Shown piece after piece: positions 1 to 11,265 of a stretch of 64,000 bases of DNA (its first letter is position 1; each line of letters begins with the position of its first letter). Below the pieces are notes generated by a model. The model was not told where the DNA came from. It searched no databases and saw only the letters and a list, made by a program, of their open reading frames with translations. Source of the stretch: Octopus bimaculoides (taxonomy: Eukaryota). The translations under genes were made by a program, and so were the position numbers. The stretch lies in NCBI RefSeq assembly GCF_001194135.2, contig NC_068982.1:121547844-121611843 (forward strand). Direction: 5' to 3'.

Positions 1-309
1 TTGACGGAATTACAGATTGAGGTTGGGGAATCATATTTTGCTGGGAAACGATTTAGTATTAAATTCTATTTAAGCAGTTTCTTCTTTAAACATGAAGAAA
101 AAAAATTTCCCAGAGGTTTGTCAGTTTTAGAACAGAACTACAATATTTGGTGTTCTATGAGATTAACTGTTGAAGAATTAACGGAAGATAAGAAGCTGGG
201 GCGGAGCAACAGTAACAAACAAAACTATAACGACATATAGAAGTTGCTACAGAAATATCAGCATTATATTCAGTAACAAAGAGACGACGACGACGGTGAC
301 GGCTGCGGC

Positions 310-432
310 GAAGAAGAAGAAGAAGAAGAAGAAGAAGAAGAAGAAGAAGAAGAAGAAGAAGAAGAAGAAGAAGAAGAAGAAGAAGAAGAAGAAGAAGAAG
401 AAGAAGAAGAAGAAGAAGAAGAAGAAGAAGAA
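310..432. repeat. (GAA)n microsatellite
   Basis: Uninterrupted GAA run; explains the poly-Ser ORF at 270-473. Confidence 0.98.
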
Positions 433-1463
433 ATCAACACATTGAACAAGAAAAAATGCAATAGGAACAACACAAAATAGAACTACAACAACAGCTCCAA
501 TAAAAATTGGTATATCAGATATTATCTATCAGTTATTAATAAATGGCTGGGGGCAGAACGAAACGGAGCACGTATCATTTTCTTTATATTTTATTTCCAA
601 GAAATCAGAAAAAAACCCAGAAATGCTGAAGTATTATGACAATGAACAATCACTGTTTCAGAAATATTATATCAATCGTCTCTGATTGGCCTGACTGACT
701 CAAGCAAAGGCAATCTGATTGGTTACCAATATGGAAGCAGCTGATTAGTAACTATTTTAACATGCTATATATTTTACATTATTTCTTGTACTTTTATATG
801 CATTATTTTTTTTTATTTTAGTAGGATAAGAAATGTGGGAGATGGAAGAGTATGCTTAAAAAAAAATTTCCAACTAGGTTGGCGTATTTAGTTATATAAG
901 AAAATAGGATCAATTGTTGATTAAGGATCATCCAAAGCAGATTGTGCTTTAAAAATGGACAGAAAATTAGATTTGATTAGAGGAAAAGAAGTTTCTTTGA
1001 AATCTGTCAGATGTAAAGATAATATATATATTTTACCCCTTTTTATTCCTTGAAAAGAGCCTAATTTTCTGTGATATGGAGTCATGGTAGGACTCTTTTG
1101 TCTGGAGGTTATTTTCTTGTAGCTTCAAACATAAATACTTTATCCATTCTCTTTCACAAACGTTTCTTTTTTTTTGTCTGGTTGTTTTCTTGCATGTTTT
1201 TTTTTTGCTCTCTTTTCCTCGTTCACTTATCCAATCTCCCTTTCATTCTCTCAGTCTCTCTCTTTATCTAGATGTTTCTCCTTTTATTAACATCTTTTCT
1301 TTTATATTTGACTTCAAAGTCAAATTTTATTTTTTACCAATAATAGTTACTGAACTACGTTGCAAGTATAGCATATGAAGGAAAAAATTATAGCATACAT
1401 ACATACATACATACATACATACATACATACATGTAAATGCATATTCATGTATACATACATATA

Positions 1464-1499
<36 letters not shown>

Positions 1500-1893
1500 T
1501 AGATAGATAGATATAGATATATATATAGATAGATATAGATATATAGATAGATATAGATATATAGATAGATAGACATATATATANNNNNNNNNNNNNNNNN
1601 NNNNNNNNNNNNNNNNNNNNNNNNNNNNNNNNNNNNNNNNNNNNNNNNNNNNNNNNNNNNNNNNNNNNNNNNNNNNNNNNNNNNNNNNNNNNNNNNNNNN
1701 NNNNNNNNNNNNNNNNNNNNNNNNNNNNNNNNNNNNNNNNNNNNNNNNNNNNNNNNNNNNNNNNNNNNNNNNNNNNNNNNNNNATATATATATATATATG
1801 CAGAGAAGGAGGGAAAAAGAGAGAGAACATATGGAAACGGGCACTGTATATTAATATATATGTATACGTGTGTGTGTGTGTATGTGTATGTAT

Positions 1894-1962
<69 letters not shown>

Positions 1963-2334
1963 ACCGAAAGGCCATGCATTTATATAAAAAGAAAATTACC
2001 TGTGTCATTTATTATTTGTTTGTGTTTTCGCTACCGTCCGTTTTCGTCTTATATAGTCCTTCGTTGTCCTCATATCTCGTACATTTTAACGTCTGCCAAC
2101 AAATTCCACTTTTGTTTTTACTTGTCTTATGTCCTTCGTATGCGCTGGTTTATATCCCCGAAGTATTTTGCTGTTGACGCCACCAAACTGATGAATAATA
2201 TCGAGAAGGCGTCGAAGATGTGACAAGGGAAGAGCGTCGTTTAGTCTTTTGTGTGTTTTTCTTGTTTTTCGTATGTTCTTTTCTTGTCACTCTGCTCAAC
2301 TTTTTCCCGTACACACACACGCACACAAGCGCAC

Positions 2335-2368
<34 letters not shown>

Positions 2369-2698
2369 NNNNNNNNNNNNNNNNNNNNNNNNNNNNNNNN
2401 NNNNNNNNNNNNNNNNNNNNNNNNNNNNNNNNNNNNNNNNNNNNNNNNNNNNNNNNNNNNNNNNNNNNNNNNNNNNNNNNNNNNNNNNNNNNNNNNNNNN
2501 NNNNNNNNNNNNNNNNNNNNNNNNNNNNNNNNNNNNNNNNNNNNNNNNNNNNNNNNNNNNNNNNNNNNNNNNNNNNNNNNNNNNNNNNNNNNNNNNNNNN
2601 NNNNNNNNNNNNNNNNNNNNNNNNNNNNNNNNNNNNNNNNNNNNNNNNNNNNNNNNNNNNNNNNNNNNNNNNNNNNNNNNNNNNNNNNNNNNNNNNNN

Positions 2699-2746
<48 letters not shown>

Positions 2747-2789
2747 TATAGTTTACTGTTCGTTAAGGTAAGATCAACCAAAAATGTAT

Positions 2790-3162
2790 TCCATACAGTG
2801 TGAGATATATATCATTTAATGTACACAGTATAAAAATACGAGCTACTAATAGTTTCAAGCGAGAAGAAGAATTACATTGGGTTATGTGAAGGAGATTTCG
2901 AAAGGCGTTATGCAAACTGCCTATCTTCTTTCCGGCACATCAACAAAAATAAAGTCATAAATTTGACAAGCCACGTATGGGGCTGGAAGACCAACTGCAC
3001 ACCACATAAAATAAAGTGGAAAATCGTAGAGAAATTCATGTTAATGGATGTAAGAAATGCAACTTATGCACAACTGAAAGATGGTATAATCTTTTTAGAT
3101 CTAATGATTCCACCGTACGAGTGAATTCCAATTCAGAAATTTTCAGCAAATGCAAACATATG
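2790..3162 (+). mobile_element. Penelope-like element, decayed GIY-YIG endonuclease (5' part, split by the CR1 insertion)
   Basis: Frameshifted translation NYIGLCEGDFERRYAN.LSSFRH...WKIVEK...NGCKKCNLCTTER...NSNSEIFSKCKHM matches the PLE YIG..T.F..RY.NH.SSF / CNLC..EK / SEL.SKCRH pattern. Confidence 0.75.
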
Positions 3163-5224
3163 TCACTGCACGGCCTGAGGCGTGCAGAATCTCTGCTCCA
3201 CCTCACAAACATGCTCCTCATGGAGCAAATAATCCTCCACTCAAAAAGTGGAAAAAATGTCCTGGACCTCTGCATCACAAATAACAGGTGCTCATCCATA
3301 ATGTTAAGGTGACACCGACGATTTTCTCAGACCATAACTTAATAGAACTAACAATGTCTGGTCCGCAGAAGACCACAGCCATGCAGGCTACTAGAAGCAC
3401 CCATCTCCTCTCCAACCTGAACTTTTACAAAGCTGGTTGGAAGAGTATCGAGAAAGAGATCATGAAACAAAATTGTTCTACCAGTTTCTCTACGCAAGAT
3501 ATTAACATAAAGTTGCAGTACTTTATGACAATCATGCACGACATATGCAGTAAGACTCTGTTCCAGAGAAATGCCAAACCAACAGAAAAATATAATTCTC
3601 AGAGATTCTAATGCGACAACGTGCAAAAATCTCAAATCGTCTAAATGGGCCATTAAAGGCTAACAAACGATCGTATTTCAAACAAACATTGTTCGAGAGC
3701 GAAAATGAACTCAGACACTCCCATGAAAAAGAGAGGGCAGAAAAAGAAGCCAGGGCTATAAAAAATATTAAGGCAAACACTAAAGTCTTCTACAGATATC
3801 CAAAAGAGTCTGCTTCAGTACGATACAAGATAGGGCCGCTGTTTGAAGAAAATGGCTCGCCCACAGCAGACCCCGCAGAGGACCAGTGAAATACTGAATA
3901 TGCAATACAAGATTATTTTCACCACTCCATTGGGACACTTGCAAGTAGCTATGTCTAATGAGTTCTTTGGCACCACAGATCTACACAAAGTAATGTCAAT
4001 TATCGATAGCACCAAAATAGCAGAAACAGATGAAATGTCGGCCATTGATGAAATGAGCTCCAACTTAGCCACGGGCCCTGATGGATTCCCAGCAATCCTC
4101 CTAAAGAAATGCAAAGGGGCTCTAGCAAAATCACTTCAGATTCCCTTCCAGAGCTTTGTCGCAACTGGTAGACTTCCCAAAAAGTTAATGGAAAACATAA
4201 TATGTCCTATCCATAAGGGAGGTAGCAGAGCAGATGCTGAAAATTATAGACCTGTCTCTCTATCTTCTCGTGTCAGCAAAGTCATAAAAATCATTGTCAG
4301 GAAGAAACTCATTGCATTCCTTGAAGATAATGACTTGCTTCCGCTCAGGAAGAAGCTGCTTTACACAGCTTTTGCAGCACTATCACTGGGTGTTGAAGCA
4401 ATGAATCGCTCAAACGTGGATGTGATATATCTCGACTTTGCAAAGGCCTTTGAAAAAGTTGAGCATGTCACAAGCAACGGAGACTCGGGTAGCCGGAAAA
4501 CTTAGAGAGTGGTTGCATGACTTCTTACAAGACAAAAGCTAGGCTATGGCAGCCAACAGAGCCCTCTTCAAGGAGACAGTAATGGAGAGTGGAGTACCTC
4601 AGGGAACTGTATTGGGGCTGCTGCTATTCATGGTGGCTCTTTCAGACATGCCATCAGTTACACAAACAGACATACTTACCAGCTATGCCAACGACACAAA
4701 AGTAGTACAAGCAGCCAAGGAACCTTCTGATGCTAATCTTCAACAGAAAAACCTAAATGCTATATATAAATGGGATGAGGAAAACAACATGCAATTTACT
4801 GCAGGCAAATTCCAAGTCCTCCGCTATTAGCTAATTGGTGCTCAGAAGCCGCAACAACGATACTTTGGACCAAAAGTAGCGGCAATCCCAGAATCACATA
4901 CAGTGCATGATTTCGGGATTGATATGAGCAACGATGCCTCGTTTCATATGCATATCACCAAGTTATTTGACGCCTTGCCAAAACATTTGAGGGATCTTCA
5001 TGGATTGGGGGTAGATGTTTTCAAAAAACAGCTTGACCTCCTTGAGGTCCCAAGATGAACCAATATCAAACAGGAAATTCGAAAGAGGGCAGCAGTGTCG
5101 AACGCCCTCCTTCACCAAAAGCCAATCACATAAGATTGGCTATTTTTTTGAAAAGGTGATTAAACTGGTGGTGCCTTAGCATTGGCCACAGCCATAAAGC
5201 TGAAACGTGTAAAAGAATAAAAGA
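3163..5224 (+). mobile_element. CR1/Jockey-group LINE relic (end of APE + RT + 3' tail), many stops and frameshifts
   Basis: NVLDLCITN (APE), ATGPDGFPAILLK, YRPVSL, DVIYLDFAKAFEKV, SGVPQGTVLGLLLF, YANDTK (RT); 3' end with (AAGAATA)n. Confidence 0.9.
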
Positions 5225-5480
5225 ATATGGACAAAATTCTTTTGATGAACTGGTGGATACCACCTTCTTCGGATTGAGCAGCTGTCTATATAGATTTTGG
5301 ACTCCTCTCCCTTGAATTATTCTACAACTGCTTAATTATGGTGTCACACTCAAAGGGGACATAATTCTAATTTTCTTTTTTCTTTTCCCGTTTTTTAAAA
5401 AAATTTTACCCTTACACTTTTTGCATCTATAGCTTTTTCTCGTGATTTCTTTTTGATCTAGCATCCTGATTTGTACACTG
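5225..5480 (+). mobile_element. 3' continuation of the Penelope-like element after the CR1 insertion
   Basis: Frame resumes as (KH)MDKILLMNWWIPP; ATATG present at both junctions (3158-3162, 5225-5229). Confidence 0.5.
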
Positions 5481-5611
5481 AAAAAGCCATGTGCTCAGAG
5501 TCAGGAGGTTGCTTGGAGACACAAGACGTGTTATAAAAACCTGCCCAGACTTGCGTCTCCATTGCATGAAACTATTAGTGGTTCGTAACTTTATGCTGTG
5601 TATACTATATG

Positions 5612-5650
<39 letters not shown>

Positions 5651-8005
5651 TTATAGATTCGTTGAATATCTGACAACACCGCTTCAAAACAATCGATACC
5701 AGCCTTTCACTATCCTTTATTTTCTCTTAAAATAGGGGTCGTAATCCCAAAACATTGACATGCCGTTTAAAAATGTAAACTGTTGCTTTGTTTTGTTTCG
5801 TCTTTGTTTCCGTCCTTTTGTTTTTATCCCACATGCAACATAATGGCTTTCTAAACAATTACACACATATATCATATGTATACCATATATATCTTAACGA
5901 TATATATAACATTTATAATGTATATACAGACGTAGAACAGTGCTAGCTCTTATATTTTGTCTCGGAGAAACTTCTTAATGAGACTTACATGTTAAGAAGC
6001 ATAGATTTCACTAAGAATGCCAACGGCAGATTGTTAAGACACAGATATTCCAATCTCTCTTGTTTTTCTTCAGTAACGAACATCTCTGGATATTCTGATC
6101 TAAGGGGAAAAAGATTCATTCCGATATATAGAAATCGGTAAACAAAGCTTTCACTGATTAGAGCGAACGCTGGCCAGGTAAAAATCTAATCAAAATATTC
6201 ACTTAAAACAGCGAGCCCTGTGTTTTCTAATACACAAATCTCTTTGACAAGTTTGTTTGTGACCAAATACTGCCGTTCTCTGTTTGTATGTACATTATTA
6301 ATGTTATACACATTATCATTTTAATATGATGATGTTTCAAGAACGTCTATTGATTTAATTTTAGTCTGGCCAGCTTTCATATAGATCAGTGAATATTTTG
6401 TTTACTGATTTCTATATCGGAACATTTTTTTTTATTTTGTTCAGAAAGTCTGGGTCTATGTGTCACTTGGGAAAGTAAATGAGGTCGAAACATTGACAAC
6501 ATTCCGTGAGAGCTCTGTGTTTTCTGATTCATAATTCTCTTTGAGAAGTTTTTCCGAGACAAAATATCATAGGTGTATATGAAGCCGTACAAGAATGGAA
6601 AGCAGAGTTGGGAAGATGACATAATTACCAAATGCATAGATAAAATGATATATTGGGTAAAAAGTAGAAAAGGCATACGAAAGAGACACAGGAACCAACT
6701 GAAAAAGTGATTCGTGGAAAGCGAACCAAAGAAGCTGGAAGAACCGATGGAATGGTTGTACGATACGTTCCAAGTACCAACGCCACTGCAGGTGATTGAA
6801 CCCATGTGTACAAGTGAGAGGAAAAGGGAGGTGGGGTGAATAAAATAAATTTTGCTAACTAAAATGACACTTCCTAAGAAACACTTAAAAGGGGAGATGT
6901 GGTAGAGAATTAGTAATAATGGCACACCCCTACCATGTGGCGAATGGAATAACCTTGTGACTATAAGTAAAGAGAGTACGAAGTAGGTGGTCAAAGATAG
7001 TCGTGTTTTTACTGGTTTTACTAAGTATACTGTATACCGAAGTGGGCATTATAATAATCCAACATTTTAAGGATATAACAGTTGTCCATATTCGGAGAGT
7101 GGGATTGGATTTGTGCAAATTTTTTCTCCACTATAAAAATCATCATGCACTGGCATCGCTTGAAAAAGAAGTAATACCTATCACAAAATTGGTTGGTCGT
7201 AGCCTTCGCATGCGTAGAACTTTCGATCAGGTGATGGCAATACTCGAACACGAGTTTGCAGTCATCATGTATGTATGTACGTATGTATGTATGTACGTAT
7301 GTATGTATGTATGTATGTAAAGTTTATTTACCTTATCCATGCACCGAGTAAATTGATTTTTGCTGAGCGCTCCATCAGAAACTATGAGAAATTTCAATAA
7401 GACGTTTTATAAACTCTATATTATACATACAAGTGTACTGGTTTTTAATACATCCAAATATAAATATGAACATTCCTAGTTTCAACAATTCGTCAACATA
7501 TATGAATTCTTGAAATTGACTCCAACCTCTTTACTGTCTTAAATAACTAAGAATCTACTTATATACTATAATTATATTTTTACGTATTACCTCTAGCCTA
7601 CGTCTCTTTATTTGTTGTAATTATTTCTACTCGATATCCATCTCATTAACCCTGTTAATATGTCTTATGAATGTATGTACTTACATTACATTTGATATGT
7701 GTCAAGTATCTGTCATCGTAAGATCAATATTTAATCGCTTTTGTTCGGTTAGTTCTGCTGGCTGTCCATAGAATTTGCCTCTATATACATTAATGTACTG
7801 GCTCATAGAATTTTTTTGTTTTGTATATTTGCTAGCATATACTAGTCTTTTGTTTTGCATTTCACCCAGTAGTGTTTCTATTTAATATCACTCCAATCTT
7901 CTCGTATACATAATTCTATGGGATTGTTAATGAGTTTATAGGAAAGGCACTCATTTGATTGGTATGTGCATTAATAAACGTTTAAGTTTGTGTGTGGGTA
8001 CATAC

Positions 8006-8037
<32 letters not shown>

Positions 8038-8144
8038 GACTTTCCGTATTCCCGAGCGTCATACTAATATATCCTTTTGTTATTTACACCACCTGTCCTC
8101 GTCTGTTGTTATTATTTGTATATTCTCCCATATATATATATATA

Positions 8145-8899
8145 GGATCTATTTTAAAACGGGGGCACCAGTATTTTCTTAACGAAACACTAACGAAACA
8201 CTTTGAAACTTGGGACACTGGTAGAATGTGTCATATAAAACGTCTTTTACTCTTAGTTTTCTTAACAAAAAAAAAAGGAATTCGCAAGTTATTNNNNNNN
8301 NNNNNNNNNNNNNNNNNNNNNNNNNNNNNNNNNNNNNNNNNNNNNNNNNNNNNNNNNNNNNNNNNNNNNNNNNNNNNNNNNNNNNNNNNNNNNNNNNNNN
8401 NNNNNNNNNNNNNNNNNNNNNNNNNNNNNNNNNNNNNNNNNNNNNNNNNNNNNNNNNNNNNNNNNNNNNNNNNNNNNNNNNNNNNNNNNNNNNNNNNNNN
8501 NNNNNNNNNNNNNNNNNNNNNNNNNNNNNNNNNNNNNNNNNNNNNNNNNNNNNNNNNNNNNNNNNNNNNNNNNNNNNNNNNNNNNNNNNNNNNNNNNNNN
8601 NNNNNNNNNNNNNNNNNNNNNNNNNNNNNNNNNNNNNNNNNNNNNNNGGGTTAGGGTTAGGGGATTAATACGATATACACCGTTACAGCGCTAACTGTTT
8701 TCAACTGAATAGACGTCAGTGATTAGTAGAAATTATCGAAAGAAAACAATTTTTTACATGAAATAAATTCGAATACAAAATTTTTTTTCTGTTCTATAAC
8801 ACAAAATAGATAAGTATACGAAGTTTGAAAGTTTTTCGGTACTAAAAACACTACATAAAACATAAATGAAAACTGGTGCCCCCGTTTTAAAATAGATCC
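8145..8899. mobile_element. MITE (non-autonomous DNA transposon) with 28-bp perfect TIRs in a (TA)n tract
   Basis: GGATCTATTTTAAAACGGGGGCACCAGT at 8145-8172 and its exact reverse complement at 8872-8899; TA/TATA on both sides; internal N gap. Confidence 0.9.
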
Positions 8900-8944
<45 letters not shown>

Positions 8945-8946
<2 letters not shown>

Positions 8947-9150
8947 TCTTTTACACGTTTCAGTTATTTGACTGCGGCGATGCTGGAGCACCACCTTAAA
9001 AAGGTTTTAGTAGAAGAAATCGACTTATTGTTCATAAGCCTAGTACTTATTCTATCGGTCTTTTTTGCCGAACCGCTAGTTTACGAGGACATAAACATAC
9101 CAACATCGGTTGTCAAGCGATGGTGTGGGGACAAACACAGACACAAAGAC
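8945..9150 (-). mobile_element. SINE family A, 3' half only
   Basis: Reverse complement of the family A tail (gcggttcggcaaaa...agtactaggctt...gctccagcat...ctgaaac). Confidence 0.85.
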
Positions 9151-9256
9151 ACACGTCCATAAATATACATACATACACACATCCATAAATATACATACAT
9201 ATAAATATACATACATACACACATCCATAAATACACACACACACATATATATATAT

Positions 9257-9413
9257 GGGCGTGATTCTGTGGTAAGTAGCTTGCTTCCCAACTACACAGT
9301 TCTGGGTTCCGTCACAATGCGTGGCACCTTGAGCGAGTGTCTTCTACTATAGCCTCGGACCGACCAAAGTCTTGTGAGTGAATTTGGTAGACGGAAACTG
9401 AAAGAAGCTTGTC

Positions 9414-9451
<38 letters not shown>

Positions 9452-9637
9452 TACCACCGCTTGACAACTAGTGTTGATATGTTTACGTCCCCGTCAACTA
9501 GCGGTTCGGCAAAGAGACTACTAAAATAAGGAACAGGCTTATAAGTCCCGAGGTCGATTTATTCGACTAAAATCCTTCAAGGCGGTGCTCCAGCATGGTT
9601 GCAGTCAAATGACTGAAACAAGTAAAAAGATAAAAAG
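9257..9637 (+). mobile_element. SINE family A (tRNA-like head, central microsatellite, LINE-like tail)
   Basis: Head tgtggtaagtagcttgct...gggttc, body gcgtggcaccttg..gtgtcttctact; homologous copies at 32432, 39156 and 53455. Confidence 0.9.
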
Positions 9638-9713
9638 ATATATATATATGATAAGATGAGAAAATAGAGAGGTAATTAATAAATTATTACTTATTAATTA
9701 AAAAATTGACAAA

Positions 9714-9800
9714 CATCCCTTACAGCTGTTTCAATTCAGACCCTCAGAAAATTAATTAATTAAATTAAAAATTATTTGAAAGTTGAATCTCTTCAGAGAT
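9714..9800 (-). ncRNA. Candidate minimal type I hammerhead ribozyme at the Penelope 3' end
   Basis: Minus strand reads CUGAAGA-GAUUCA...UGAAUU-GAAA-C-AGCU-G-UA; full catalytic core, stem II, palindromic stem III; stem I only about 3 bp. Confidence 0.55.
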
Positions 9801-9959
9801 CTTAGTATATCTTTATCAACCTCTGAAGAGATTCAACTTTGAAATAATTTATATATATCACAGTTGGGTATGGTAAATCTTATATTAATTCCTCAAATTT
9901 TGCTGAGAGGAAAAACCTATGGTATTGCTCTAGTGCGTATATTCAAGGTGCAATTGGCT

Positions 9960-10420
9960 AGTATACTACAGAAAATTTGCGTTCGTGAGGGTAAGAGGAG
10001 AAAAATCATGCTTATACAGTTTACGTATGTGCTCCTGATAGAGAGAGTTCTTTATTATGACCCTTTTCTTAGCCATGCACGCTTTGCACACCCTACTACC
10101 TGTTAAATTAAGGTTTAGACCTTTTCAGAATCCTCCAATTGATGCCGTAATGCACAGCATGTTTCTTTAATGTCCATATACACTTCAATAGAAATGTGCT
10201 CATTTCACATTTTGCATCTCTCAGACGTTGACGAAGACTTGTGGCTAATGAGTTTGGTCTTGAAGTCTTCTGTCTTGTTCACGTATTTCCGCACATCGGT
10301 CGCTCTTTTGAGACCTTCTGACGCCATACCACTTCATACACAACGGCCTCTGTATTGCAGCAGCTGCATGTGCAGTTTTCCTGTTTCAGGTTTGGACCTT
10401 CACACTCATAATTTCTTTAT
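9960..10420 (-). mobile_element. Penelope-like element, decayed GIY-YIG C-terminal region
   Basis: Minus strand VVYEV...KCIWTLKKHAVHYGINWRILKRSKP...CKAC, matching PLE LSKYIW.LK...Y.I.W.ILKR..PY...C.LC. Confidence 0.7.
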
Positions 10421-10445
10421 GCGAAGAGCACAATGAAAAGTGGCC

Positions 10446-10509
<64 letters not shown>

Positions 10510-10557
10510 GTTTCTGCCTATCTCTCTGCCTGCCTGCTTGCCCTTCTGTCTGTCTGT

Positions 10558-10598
<41 letters not shown>

Positions 10599-10671
10599 TA
10601 CACGCATACACACATACGCATTCACTCACTCACTCACTCACTCACTCACTCACTCACTCACTCACTCACAC

Positions 10672-10704
<33 letters not shown>

Positions 10705-11206
10705 CGCACACATTGATTGGTATCTGAAATCTTTCTACTGTGAGCTAATTTTGTATATCTCCCTTGATTCGTAGACGCCTATATGTATTAATGTACTAGC
10801 AGGTAGATTATAGTACTTCTTTCTTTCTTTCTTTCTTTCTGTGTGTGTGTGTGGGTATATATATATATATATATATATATATNNNNNNNNNNNNNNNNNN
10901 NNNNNNNNNNNNNNNNNNNNNNNNNNNNNNNNNNNNNNNNNNNNNNNNNNNNNNNNNNNNNNNNNNNNNNNNNNNNNNNNNNNNNNNNNNNNNNNNNNNN
11001 NNNNNNNNNNNNNNNNNNNNNNNNNNNNNNNNNNNNNNNNNNNNNNNNNNNNNNNNNNNNNNNNNNNNNNNNNNNNNNNNNNNNNNNNNNNNNNNNNNNN
11101 NNNNNNNNNNNNNNNNNNNTATATATATATATATATGTATGTACGTATGCATGTATGTATGTACATATATAAATAGATAGATACATAGATAGATAGATTA
11201 ACAGGC

Positions 11207-11265
<59 letters not shown>

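Noticed and set aside
6386-7320. 202-aa minus ORF and neighbouring ORFs
   Set aside because: No recognisable domain; partly overlaps the inverted repeat; at best an unassignable decayed element
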